This document shows positions 1 to 6,592 of a DNA stretch of 8,675 nt, piece by piece. The notes under the pieces are model-generated. The model saw only the letters and a program-made list of their open reading frames with translations, searched no databases and was not told the DNA's origin. Origin of the DNA: a virus; the IMG/VR virus record IMGVR_UViG_3300038506_000002, positions 1 through 8,675 of that record; one strand, written 5' to 3'. How positions within the stretch are numbered: the first letter of the stretch is position 1; the number at the start of each line of letters is the position of its first letter. The position numbers and the translations under genes were made by a program.

Positions 1-68
1 GCTTTCGAGAGTGTAGCTAAGATCGTTTCTGATCAAGGGCAACATTCTCTAGAAGCTCTTACACCAGC
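1..68. repeat. Terminal redundancy, copy 1 (identical to 8608..8675); assembly overlap of a circular molecule
   Basis: Base-by-base comparison shows that gctttcgagagtgtagctaag...cttacaccagc occurs at both window ends. Confidence 0.95.
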
Positions 69-210
69 GATTTCTACAGAAAACTGTCTTAGTCATTTAG
101 CTTTTGTTGCTCACGAATGGTCATACGATCCGACAGTGATTGATACATATGCAACCTTATATAAAGAATCAAATTCAGAATTAATTGAAGCGTTTGGGGA
201 AGATCAATGA
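1..210 (+). CDS. 3' part of the same 84-aa hypothetical protein (acidic, no recognised motif); translationally coupled to rep
   Basis: Frame 1 is open from nt 1 to TGA 208..210. The stop overlaps the rep ATG (ATGA at 207..210). The ORF track misses it because its start lies beyond the window edge. Confidence 0.5.
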   Translation, partial: AFESVAKIVSDQGQHSLEALTPAISTENCLSHLAFVAHEWSYDPTVIDTYATLYKESNSELIEAFGEDQ

Positions 211-1697
211 AAGCAATACTTTCTCAAATACAAGAATTTGATTCTGCTTATCTGTCTGTATCTGAAATATTCCATGCTGAAAAAGAAATTTCACACGAAA
301 TTTATGCGCGTACTGCTTTCGGTGATGTGTCTTTAGCTGATTCTCAAATTCTTACTAATATGTTGCAGGGCATTACTAAAAATAAGCTGTCTGCTTTTGA
401 AAATGCTCTTGTTCAACCAAAGAAAAAAGATGATCAGTCTATTGCTGAAATCTTTGTACAAAAAATAGCCATACCCGCTAAAAACACGGCAGTAAGTGGG
501 CTTGAGACCCCCTTTTATAATATGGGGGTAGCGGATACGCAAAAAACATCTGAATCACAGGCTTTTCCTCGTCACTTGGACAATTACAAGCTGATTTCTA
601 CCCCAAAGGGCGTTTTGCCAGTTCTTCGCTGTACACCAGTAGAAAATAATATTGTAGGTCTTGACTGGGTAACTTTTAGTTTCTGTGTATCTACTTTTGG
701 TGATAAATACCTGCACTTAGAAAATGAACAAATTGACTTAGCTGTCGGTGATGCAATTGAAACATGGCTTGATCAATTACTATTTGAAATGTTCGGTTTC
801 GGTATCTCTGAAAAACGTAAGTGTGGTATACGTTTCGACAAGTATGGCTATGATCTACAAGACAATTTAGGTATGGTTCTATACGGCAATAATAACAATC
901 GTATACGTGTACAGATTAATGGTTCTGGTTGTGCTTTAGCTCGAAAAGGTTGGAATGAGCAACTTTATAAGTTCTTAAAAACTCAAGCAAAAAACCCTAA
1001 GTTAAATCGTGTCGATATAGCTTTTGATGATTTTGAAAGTGAATTTGTATCTGTTCAAGCATGTGACCAATGGGACAATGAAGATTTATTTTTTTGCGGT
1101 GGTCGTAACCCAGAAATTAATAAGCTTGGTGACTGGAAACGTATAAATGGCAAGGGTTTAACCTTTACTGTTGGTAATCGAGAAAGTTCAAAGTTTTTAA
1201 GATGTTATGAACGTGGCAAAAAAGAAGGAGATTCACTTAGTTTGTGGACTAGACTCGAACTTGAGCTTAAATCATCAGACCGTTACTTGCCTCTTGATGT
1301 TTTATTGTCACCGTCTACATATTTCAAGGGTGCTTATCCGGCGCTCGAAGCATTGTGCAACCAATTGCATGATTTTACTGCACCTGAAAAATGTCAACTT
1401 GTTGAAAAACAAGCAAATATTAATGTTGATAAAGCTTTGGAAATTGTTAAAACACAATTTGGAAAGTATATCCGTCAATTTAGAAAGTTCATTTCAGATG
1501 ATGCGCTTTTAACTCTCATTTCGTCTGATAAAGATGAAATTCCTAAAAGACTTCAATTTTCTCATGCTGCTGTTATGCAAGCTTTACGCATAAATCAGCC
1601 AATTCTAAACACTAATGTAGATGAGGAATATTCCCTATTTGTGGGTGTCCCTCTGCTTAATCAAACTGCTTATAAGGAATTTATCCATGCAATTTAA
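207..1697 (+). CDS. Rolling-circle replication initiation protein, Rep_trans-type (functional analogue of pII)
   Basis: 496-aa ORF with SD GGGGA at 196..200. Motifs LNRVDIAFDDF and FLRCYERGKKEG...WTRLELELK resemble the conserved R-x-D-x-A-x-D and R-x-E-x-E blocks of Rep_trans initiators. It is the first large gene of the + strand operon. Confidence 0.75.
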   Translation: MKAILSQIQEFDSAYLSVSEIFHAEKEISHEIYARTAFGDVSLADSQILTNMLQGITKNKLSAFENALVQPKKKDDQSIAEIFVQKIAIPAKNTAVSGLETPFYNMGVADTQKTSESQAFPRHLDNYKLISTPKGVLPVLRCTPVENNIVGLDWVTFSFCVSTFGDKYLHLENEQIDLAVGDAIETWLDQLLFEMFGFGISEKRKCGIRFDKYGYDLQDNLGMVLYGNNNNRIRVQINGSGCALARKGWNEQLYKFLKTQAKNPKLNRVDIAFDDFESEFVSVQACDQWDNEDLFFCGGRNPEINKLGDWKRINGKGLTFTVGNRESSKFLRCYERGKKEGDSLSLWTRLELELKSSDRYLPLDVLLSPSTYFKGAYPALEALCNQLHDFTAPEKCQLVEKQANINVDKALEIVKTQFGKYIRQFRKFISDDALLTLISSDKDEIPKRLQFSHAAVMQALRINQPILNTNVDEEYSLFVGVPLLNQTAYKEFIHAI

Positions 1698-1995
1698 ATC
1701 AACAATTACTGTATTTGGTGCTAAATCTTCGAAAGGGGCTTTCGAGGGTAAACCTTATGATTCTACAACTATCTTCTATAAGGCCGATCTTCAGGAAGGT
1801 GACAATTTTGTAGGTGAAGTGGGCGAATCAATCAAATGGGGTACTTCTGATAATTTCGAGAAAATTAAAAATCTTGAATTTCCTCTTTTAGCAGATGTAA
1901 CGCTTCAACAAGTTTCGAATGGTCGCCAAGTAACCACAATCATTATTGATCTTGCTCCACAAAAACCACAACAACAGGGCAAACCAGCGCCATGA
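1687..1995 (+). CDS. Putative ssDNA-binding protein (pV-like), 102 aa
   Basis: The internal ATG at 1687 has a good SD (AAGGA 1674..1678, 8-nt spacer) and overlaps the rep stop. The protein is small, looks beta-rich and has a Pro/Gln-rich tail. The assignment comes from its position directly after rep, not from a recognised motif. Confidence 0.5.
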   Translation: MQFKSTITVFGAKSSKGAFEGKPYDSTTIFYKADLQEGDNFVGEVGESIKWGTSDNFEKIKNLEFPLLADVTLQQVSNGRQVTTIIIDLAPQKPQQQGKPAP

Positions 1996-2090
1996 TTCAC
2001 TCTAACTTTTTAACTTATAGCTGTCCGACCTGTGGCACTTATTTGCACAAAGGTCAGTACCAGTTTCACGTATCAACGTGTAAAGGATAA
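1992..2090 (+). CDS. 32-aa C2HC zinc-finger mini-protein (MIHSNFLTYSCPTCGTYLHKGQYQFHVSTCKG)
   Basis: The ATG overlaps the upstream stop (ATGA at 1992..1995). It carries a C-x2-C-x11-H-x3-C pattern and is not in the ORF track because it is too short. It shares a motif with the protein at 7383..7565. Confidence 0.5.
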   Translation: MIHSNFLTYSCPTCGTYLHKGQYQFHVSTCKG

Positions 2091-2094
2091 CTAA

Positions 2095-2208
2095 ATGGAT
2101 TACATGGTCTGGTACTTCTTTTTGTTTGGAATACTTGCTCACATGTATTTCATCTACAAATTAATTCTTAAATATTTGGAAATTAGAAAAAATGGCGTTC
2201 CTTTGTGA
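2095..2208 (+). CDS. 37-aa single-TM peptide (MDYMVWYFFLFGILAHMYFIYKLILKYLEIRKNGVPL); candidate pVII/pIX-like minor coat or assembly peptide
   Basis: SD AGGA lies 7 nt upstream of the ATG. The peptide has a hydrophobic core and a basic tail, and sits in the structural module upstream of the major coat gene. Confidence 0.45.
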   Translation: MDYMVWYFFLFGILAHMYFIYKLILKYLEIRKNGVPL

Positions 2209-2362
2209 AGAAGTAAATTCGGCTACGAATGAATGCCTTAAATGGGTTGAACATTCGTTTGTTCCAACTCTAACAACCGCTGATAGAGACACATTAATTT
2301 TGTGGGCTGTTGGCATCTTTGTTGTTGTCTTTGTAGTCAAACAAATACAACGACTTCTATGA
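2192..2362 (+). CDS. 56-aa protein with a C-terminal TM helix and basic tail (coat-like small structural protein candidate)
   Basis: Hand translation gives MAFLCEEVNSATNECLKWVEHSFVPTLTTADRDTLILWAVGIFVVVFVVKQIQRLL. It overlaps the previous ORF by 17 nt and ends 14 nt before the coat gene. The SD is weak. Confidence 0.4.
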   Translation: MAFLCEEVNSATNECLKWVEHSFVPTLTTADRDTLILWAVGIFVVVFVVKQIQRLL

Positions 2363-2376
2363 CTAGGAGAAATGTC

Positions 2377-2622
2377 ATGAATGAAAAAACTCAAAAGCGT
2401 TTAAACGTTATTAATCGTCAAAACATCAGTAAATACGGCACTGGTGCTGTACTTTCTGTGGGTTTAATGGGGGCTGTAAGTCCTGCTTTTGCTTTGGATG
2501 TAGGTGCTGCGACATCAGGTTCAGATGCAAATTCAAACATTGAATTAGGTGCAACATTTGTATTAACAATTACCGTTTTGATTTTCTCGGCTCGTAAAGT
2601 TATCGGCTTCTTTAGTCGTTAA
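2377..2622 (+). CDS. Major coat protein (pVIII-like) precursor, 81 aa
   Basis: Strong SD AGGAGA at 2365..2370 lies 6 nt from the ATG. A signal peptide ends in AFA, with predicted cleavage before LD. The mature protein of about 42 aa has an acidic N-terminus (D, D, E), a hydrophobic core (ATFVLTITVLIFS) and a basic C-terminus (RK...R), the classic inovirus capsid layout. The GTG start at 2302 in the track is rejected. Confidence 0.8.
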   Translation: MNEKTQKRLNVINRQNISKYGTGAVLSVGLMGAVSPAFALDVGAATSGSDANSNIELGATFVLTITVLIFSARKVIGFFSR

Positions 2623-2636
2623 TTGGGGGCGATGCA

Positions 2637-2708
2637 ATGGATGAATCTACACTTAACTGGTTTATTTTGATCATTCTTTGCATCGCTTTTTCTCGATTGC
2701 TTAAGTGA
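2637..2708 (+). CDS. 23-aa hydrophobic peptide (MDESTLNWFILIILCIAFSRLLK); possible pIX/pVII-like peptide
   Basis: SD GGGGG at 2625..2629 lies 7 nt upstream. The ORF fills the gap between the coat and pIII-like genes. It is very short, so the call is tentative. Confidence 0.35.
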   Translation: MDESTLNWFILIILCIAFSRLLK

Positions 2709-2728
2709 AATATTTAAGGAATTACACT

Positions 2729-4507
2729 ATGAAATTTTTTAAATATTTGATTTTTATTTCATTAACAATTTTTTCTGTTTCTTCATATTCTGCAACAGCG
2801 TTTTACGCTGGTAATTCTTCAACAAACCTTACTTATGAAGGTTCAACAGCAATCCATGCTTGTACTGTCTTTTTCTCGTCGAATGGTATTAGTACTTCTA
2901 GTGTTGGCGCTCAAGACGGTAAATGTATTTCTAATGGCAGTTATCGTGGATTCTATGCAGAATTAACTAAAAAAGACGATGAATGCTCACCACAATCTAT
3001 TAAATCCAAACCTATTAGTGTTCCTGGTTGGACTAATTGGAATCCTGACCAAACTTCTGCATACGTTACTAAAATTCAAAACCAAACAGCTTGTTACAAA
3101 GGTTGTAAATATAAACAGCCATTCATTGCAGGTGAATCAGATGATCAATTTAAGATTAGCTTTGGTAATCCCGTAAAAGATTCATCATGTCCAGCAACTG
3201 CAACAGAATTACCAGATACCCCATATCCGGATAATGTCACACCGCCAACTGACGGTTGTAAAAACGGTGAATCTTATTGCGACAAACCGCCTACAGGTTG
3301 CCCAAGTGGTTACGCCAGCGGTTCATTTAACGGTAAACAAATCTGTGTAAAGAATAATCCAGACCCGACAAAACCCAATCCAAATGATCCTAATAATAAT
3401 CCTAATAATGGCAATGGAAAATTTGATGATTCAAAAATCATTGCTGCAATTAATGATTCAAAAACAGCTATAACAAATTCTATTAATAATGCTGTTAACT
3501 CTATAAGTAATAGTATTAGCTCAATTAATCAGTCAATCACTACTGTTGCAAATGCTGTCAACGGTACAACTAATGCAGTTAATAATAATACTGCTGCAAC
3601 TAATGCGGTTAAATCATCAGTAGACGCATTGCACAATACAATTAACGCTGTAACGACTGCCGTAAACAACAATACAAATTCAGTCACAAGCGCAGTCAAT
3701 TCTAATACATCAGCCACAAATGCTGTTAAAGCTTCTGTAGATGCACTCAATAGCACTGTTTCTGCTGTAACGACTGCTGTAAACAACAATACAAATGCTG
3801 TCACCAGTGCAGTCAATGCGAATACATCTGCAACAAATGCAGTTAAAGCTTCTGTAGATGCACTGAATAGCACTGTTTCTGCTGTAACGAGTGCTGTAGA
3901 CAATAATACTAAGGCTGTTAATGCAAATGGTGACAAAGTTGCCAATGCTGTCAAAGACAATATAACTGCAACAAATGCAGTAAAAGATGCTGTTTCAAAT
4001 CTTAATTCTTCAATAAATGCTGTTGCCGATTCAGTTAATGCTAACGGTGACAAAGTATCTAATTCTGTGAATGCTAACGGTAAAAACACTGTCGATGCGA
4101 TTAATACAAATGGAAAAAATACAGTTGATGCTGTTAATGCGGGTACTGAAGCAACCAAGGAAAATGGCAAAAAACTTGATGGTATTAATGACGGCATCAA
4201 AGAAGGTAATGGTCATCTCAAAGACATAAAAGACTACCTCAAAGAAGGTAAAGACAGTGAGTTTCCTGAAAATGGCGATACCAAAGTTGATGTTCAAACC
4301 ATTGATGTTGGTACTTTTTCAGAAACTATTTTTGCTTCATCTGCACAATGCCCAGCAAATAAAACACTAAGTATGAATTTTCTTGGCCGTCGTGCATTTT
4401 CTTATACATTCGATTTTTCTGAGTGGTGCTATTACCTAGGTTTGCTCGGTAATTTAATTCTGATCTGTGCATATATCTATGCATCAAATATTGTTGTAAG
4501 GAGTTAA
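2729..4507 (+). CDS. pIII-like minor coat / host-adsorption protein, 592 aa
   Basis: SD AAGGA at 2716..2720. The signal peptide is MKFFKYLIFISLTIFSVSSYSA. It is followed by an N-terminal domain of about 200 aa with about 10 Cys, a Pro/Asn linker (PDPTKPNPNDPNNNPNNGNG) and about 270 aa of N/A/V/T/S-rich repeats. The C-terminus is a hydrophobic anchor (YYLGLLGNLILICAYIYASNIVV). It is the largest structural gene and lies between the coat and pVI-like genes. Confidence 0.7.
   Translation: MKFFKYLIFISLTIFSVSSYSATAFYAGNSSTNLTYEGSTAIHACTVFFSSNGISTSSVGAQDGKCISNGSYRGFYAELTKKDDECSPQSIKSKPISVPGWTNWNPDQTSAYVTKIQNQTACYKGCKYKQPFIAGESDDQFKISFGNPVKDSSCPATATELPDTPYPDNVTPPTDGCKNGESYCDKPPTGCPSGYASGSFNGKQICVKNNPDPTKPNPNDPNNNPNNGNGKFDDSKIIAAINDSKTAITNSINNAVNSISNSISSINQSITTVANAVNGTTNAVNNNTAATNAVKSSVDALHNTINAVTTAVNNNTNSVTSAVNSNTSATNAVKASVDALNSTVSAVTTAVNNNTNAVTSAVNANTSATNAVKASVDALNSTVSAVTSAVDNNTKAVNANGDKVANAVKDNITATNAVKDAVSNLNSSINAVADSVNANGDKVSNSVNANGKNTVDAINTNGKNTVDAVNAGTEATKENGKKLDGINDGIKEGNGHLKDIKDYLKEGKDSEFPENGDTKVDVQTIDVGTFSETIFASSAQCPANKTLSMNFLGRRAFSYTFDFSEWCYYLGLLGNLILICAYIYASNIVVRS
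3530..4150 (+). repeat. In-frame tandem repeat, period 117 nt (39 aa), about 5 units with graded divergence
   Basis: gctgtaacgac/gtgc recurs at 3647, 3764 and 3881, and gttaatgc(a/t)aa(t/c)ggtgacaaagt recurs at 3917 and 4034, all 117 nt apart. Units 3647..3763 and 3764..3880 differ at 11 of 117 positions by my count. Confidence 0.9.
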
Positions 4508-4509
4508 AA

Positions 4510-4803
4510 ATGCCTGCTTTTTTACTTCGTCTAGCCATGTGGTTTGCTGGTTCTTTTGCAAGTTCTTTCATTCTTAAAATATTTGTTGGGGCTGGCTTGG
4601 CTTTCTATGCTTATGGAAAAACCGACGATCTTGTTGCAATGGCTCAAAATGAAATGCAAGTTTTATTTGGCAACTTACCTGCCGATGTTTTAGGTGTTCT
4701 TGGCATATTAAAAATACCTCAATCAATCAGTGTGATTATGTCAGCAATGGGCATAGCTGCTTTTATTAAAATGTCTAAAGTTTTCATAGGCAAAGCGGAT
4801 TAA
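4510..4803 (+). CDS. pVI-like minor coat / virion-cap membrane protein (DUF2523-like), 97 aa
   Basis: SD AAGGAG at 4498..4503 lies 6 nt from the ATG. The start is 2 nt after the pIII-like stop. There are two or three hydrophobic segments (LAMWFAGSFASSFILKIFVGAGLAFYAYG and VIMSAMGIAAFI), and the gene sits immediately before the Zot-like gene. Confidence 0.6.
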   Translation: MPAFLLRLAMWFAGSFASSFILKIFVGAGLAFYAYGKTDDLVAMAQNEMQVLFGNLPADVLGVLGILKIPQSISVIMSAMGIAAFIKMSKVFIGKAD

Positions 4804-4856
4804 TGGCGTGCATAAGCGAGTAGGAGCATGCGAACGCACGAAGCGTTGCACGTTAT
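4804..4856 (+). other. GC-rich structured spacer between the pVI-like and Zot-like genes
   Basis: GC is about 58% over 50 nt by hand count, in an otherwise AT-rich genome. A stem-loop pairs tgc(g)aacgc 4829..4837 with gcgttgca 4843..4850 around the loop acgaa. gcacg/cgtgc words and a GCATGC palindrome recur. Confidence 0.5.
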
Positions 4857-4884
4857 TATGTAGCTTGCCTTGGAGTTCAAAACA

Positions 4885-6288
4885 ATGAGTATCTTGATTT
4901 CTGCTCCAATTAGGACAGGCAAAACACTTTATGTCATCAAATGTATTTTTGATGAGTTAAATAAAGGTCGTCAGGTATATACAAATATTGTCGGTATAAA
5001 TATAGATGGTGTTATTTCTGTATCTTCAAGTTTAGGAGATCCTTTTGATTGGCGAGATCTGCCCAATGGTTCAGTCCTGGTTTGGGATGAAGCGCATGAA
5101 CATCCTGCATATTCAGAACAAGATTTGCTAAAAAATTATGAATTACAGAACAAATATCAATTTGATGAAATTATAGAGAAACTAACATTAGATACACAGC
5201 TCACCGTTTCAGAAAGAAAACAGAAAATTGATGCAGTTGAAAAAGCATATAAAAAAGCCTTAGATGCCAAAAAAGAAGAAATTAGAGATATTGGTCGAGC
5301 TTTACTTTTACACGGCCATTTCGGTATAGAAATCTATTTTATTACCCAACGTGTAACCAAATTAAATACTGACGTTTTAGCTTCTGTTACAACGCATTTT
5401 GTCATGCGTCGTAAATTTGGTATGGACGCTGCACTTATTTGGGAATTTGGTGAGGCTATGACAACATGGTCTAAATCTACAGCTCAAATTGCATTAAACA
5501 AGAAGCTTTGGAAATATCCAAAGCATTTATTTAAATTCTATAAATCATCAGAAAACCATCAAGTTAGAAAGTCTTTTCCTATGGAGCTTGTTGGTTATTC
5601 ATGTTTGATCGTTGCCTTGCTTGGTTTTGGCTCATACAAGATTTTAGGTACAAGTTTTTTTGGTTTATTTGGCAATAAAACGGAACAAGTTGCTTCAAAA
5701 AATCCTCCAGCACAACAGCCAACTCAAAATACCCAACAGTTAACACAAGATCAAATTGATGAACAAAATGCTAAAAATATGGGTGTAACACTTGCTCAAT
5801 ATAGAGATTTACAAAATCCTGAAAATCGCAATCAACAGATTGAACAACAGCAATCTCAATACAATGCGACATATAAAATTAGTTATAACCCAGCCGACCC
5901 ATACAACAGTAAGGTTGCTGGAGAGTATCAGGCGACCTCATTACCTAAATTTGCTGGCTGTATTAAATACAATGGCAAATACACTGCATATACGGAGCAA
6001 GGTACAAAGATCAGCGATATAAACCCATCAGCATGCAAACGATTAATTGATGATGGTGATAGACCTTACAATTACTTTAGAGAGAAAAATAATGAAATGG
6101 TTGCTCAAAACAATACTGCGCAAAATAATCAACAAGCTACTGAACAGGTTTCTATGACTCCCCAGCAATATGCGAAATATGAGCAGTATCTACAATCACA
6201 GCAAGTCCAGAACAACAGTGTAGACCCTCGTTTAAATGCAAAGGTAACGAATGGTGCTAATAATTTAGCTGAATTTAAGGGGTTTTAA
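4885..6288 (+). CDS. Zot / pI-family phage assembly ATPase, 467 aa
   Basis: SD GGAG at 4872..4875 lies 9 nt from ATG 4885; the TTG at 4870 in the track is rejected. Walker A is SAPIRTGKT and Walker B is VLVWDEAHE. A central TM segment (LVGYSCLIVALLGFGSYKIL) is followed by a Q/N-rich C-terminal domain of about 215 aa. The gene is in the canonical position after the pVI-like gene. Confidence 0.8.
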   Translation: MSILISAPIRTGKTLYVIKCIFDELNKGRQVYTNIVGINIDGVISVSSSLGDPFDWRDLPNGSVLVWDEAHEHPAYSEQDLLKNYELQNKYQFDEIIEKLTLDTQLTVSERKQKIDAVEKAYKKALDAKKEEIRDIGRALLLHGHFGIEIYFITQRVTKLNTDVLASVTTHFVMRRKFGMDAALIWEFGEAMTTWSKSTAQIALNKKLWKYPKHLFKFYKSSENHQVRKSFPMELVGYSCLIVALLGFGSYKILGTSFFGLFGNKTEQVASKNPPAQQPTQNTQQLTQDQIDEQNAKNMGVTLAQYRDLQNPENRNQQIEQQQSQYNATYKISYNPADPYNSKVAGEYQATSLPKFAGCIKYNGKYTAYTEQGTKISDINPSACKRLIDDGDRPYNYFREKNNEMVAQNNTAQNNQQATEQVSMTPQQYAKYEQYLQSQQVQNNSVDPRLNAKVTNGANNLAEFKGF

Positions 6289-6290
6289 TT

Positions 6291-6398
6291 ATGAAAATAC
6301 GTATTACCAATCAATATGTTATTTACTTTCTTGGGCTTTCCATTGGCTTTACATTTGGTTTTTTACTGGGTGTCAAACATTCTCTTATTTTAATCTAG
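6291..6398 (+). CDS. 35-aa single-TM peptide (MKIRITNQYVIYFLGLSIGFTFGFLLGVKHSLILI)
   Basis: SD AAGGGG at 6277..6282 lies 8 nt upstream. The start is 2 nt after the zot stop. It is too short to appear in the ORF track. Confidence 0.4.
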   Translation: MKIRITNQYVIYFLGLSIGFTFGFLLGVKHSLILI

Positions 6399-6407
6399 GT
6401 ATTTCTA

Positions 6408-6590
6408 ATGGATATTATTAAAAATCATCTTTATAGATATAACAATGTAGGCAGAATGTTATGTCAGCGTTGTGATATTCCTACTCAATCAATTTATATA
6501 ATGAAAATTCCTAAGTATACAGATTCTGTTTGTGTCTGTTATATATGTGCTCGTTTATTACGTCCTGATCTTTTTTTAAAGGAACTTTAA
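6408..6590 (+). CDS. 60-aa hypothetical protein with a zinc-ribbon-like CxxC...CxCxxC pattern
   Basis: CQRC at residues 19-22 and CVCYIC at 43-48. The gene is tightly packed between neighbours and has only a weak SD (AGGT). Confidence 0.45.
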   Translation: MDIIKNHLYRYNNVGRMLCQRCDIPTQSIYIMKIPKYTDSVCVCYICARLLRPDLFLKEL

Positions 6591-6592
6591 TC

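Noticed and set aside
1-68. Identical 68-nt window ends considered as transposon or prophage terminal direct repeats (att sites)
   Set aside because: The repeats sit exactly at the window boundaries and lie inside a continuous reading frame. This fits a circular-assembly overlap, and the dif-like attP lies elsewhere (7765..7915).
333-542. Short overlapping ORFs: 333..542 (-), 1207..1512 (+), 2161..2394 (-), 2979..3176 (+), 5792..6022 (+) and 6511..6741 (-)
   Set aside because: All are embedded in or antisense to longer, better-supported genes. They lack SD sequences and encode low-complexity or odd-composition peptides, as expected by chance in AT-rich DNA.
2705-2728. Upstream alternative starts in the ORF track: GTG 2705 for the pIII-like gene, TTG 4870 for zot, GTG 2302 for the coat gene and ATG 1621 for the pV-like gene
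   Set aside because: In each case a downstream ATG has a properly spaced Shine-Dalgarno sequence and gives a sensible N-terminus (signal peptide or Walker A context). The extensions overlap upstream genes.
3530-4150. 117-nt tandem repeats considered as a CRISPR array or satellite
   Set aside because: The units are directly abutting with no unique spacers. They are exactly divisible by 3 and in frame inside a long ORF, and divergence is graded. This is a protein-coding repeat.
3529-4200. 223-aa ORF on the - strand, plus 4031..4297 and 4326..4571 (-), opposite the pIII-like gene
   Set aside because: These are shadow ORFs created by the stop-poor, repeat-rich composition of the + strand gene. 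Their products are low-complexity L/A/T/F strings with no SD and no start context, and the + strand frame has a coherent signal peptide, domains and anchor.
4805-4815. GGCGTGCATAA, a 9/11 match to the E. coli dif XerC-binding arm, considered as a third recombination site
   Set aside because: No XerD-arm-like sequence follows at the correct 6-8 nt spacing (the next 11-mer is AGGAGCATGCG). A lone half-site is probably coincidental or at most a relic. It is mentioned under the GC-rich island finding.
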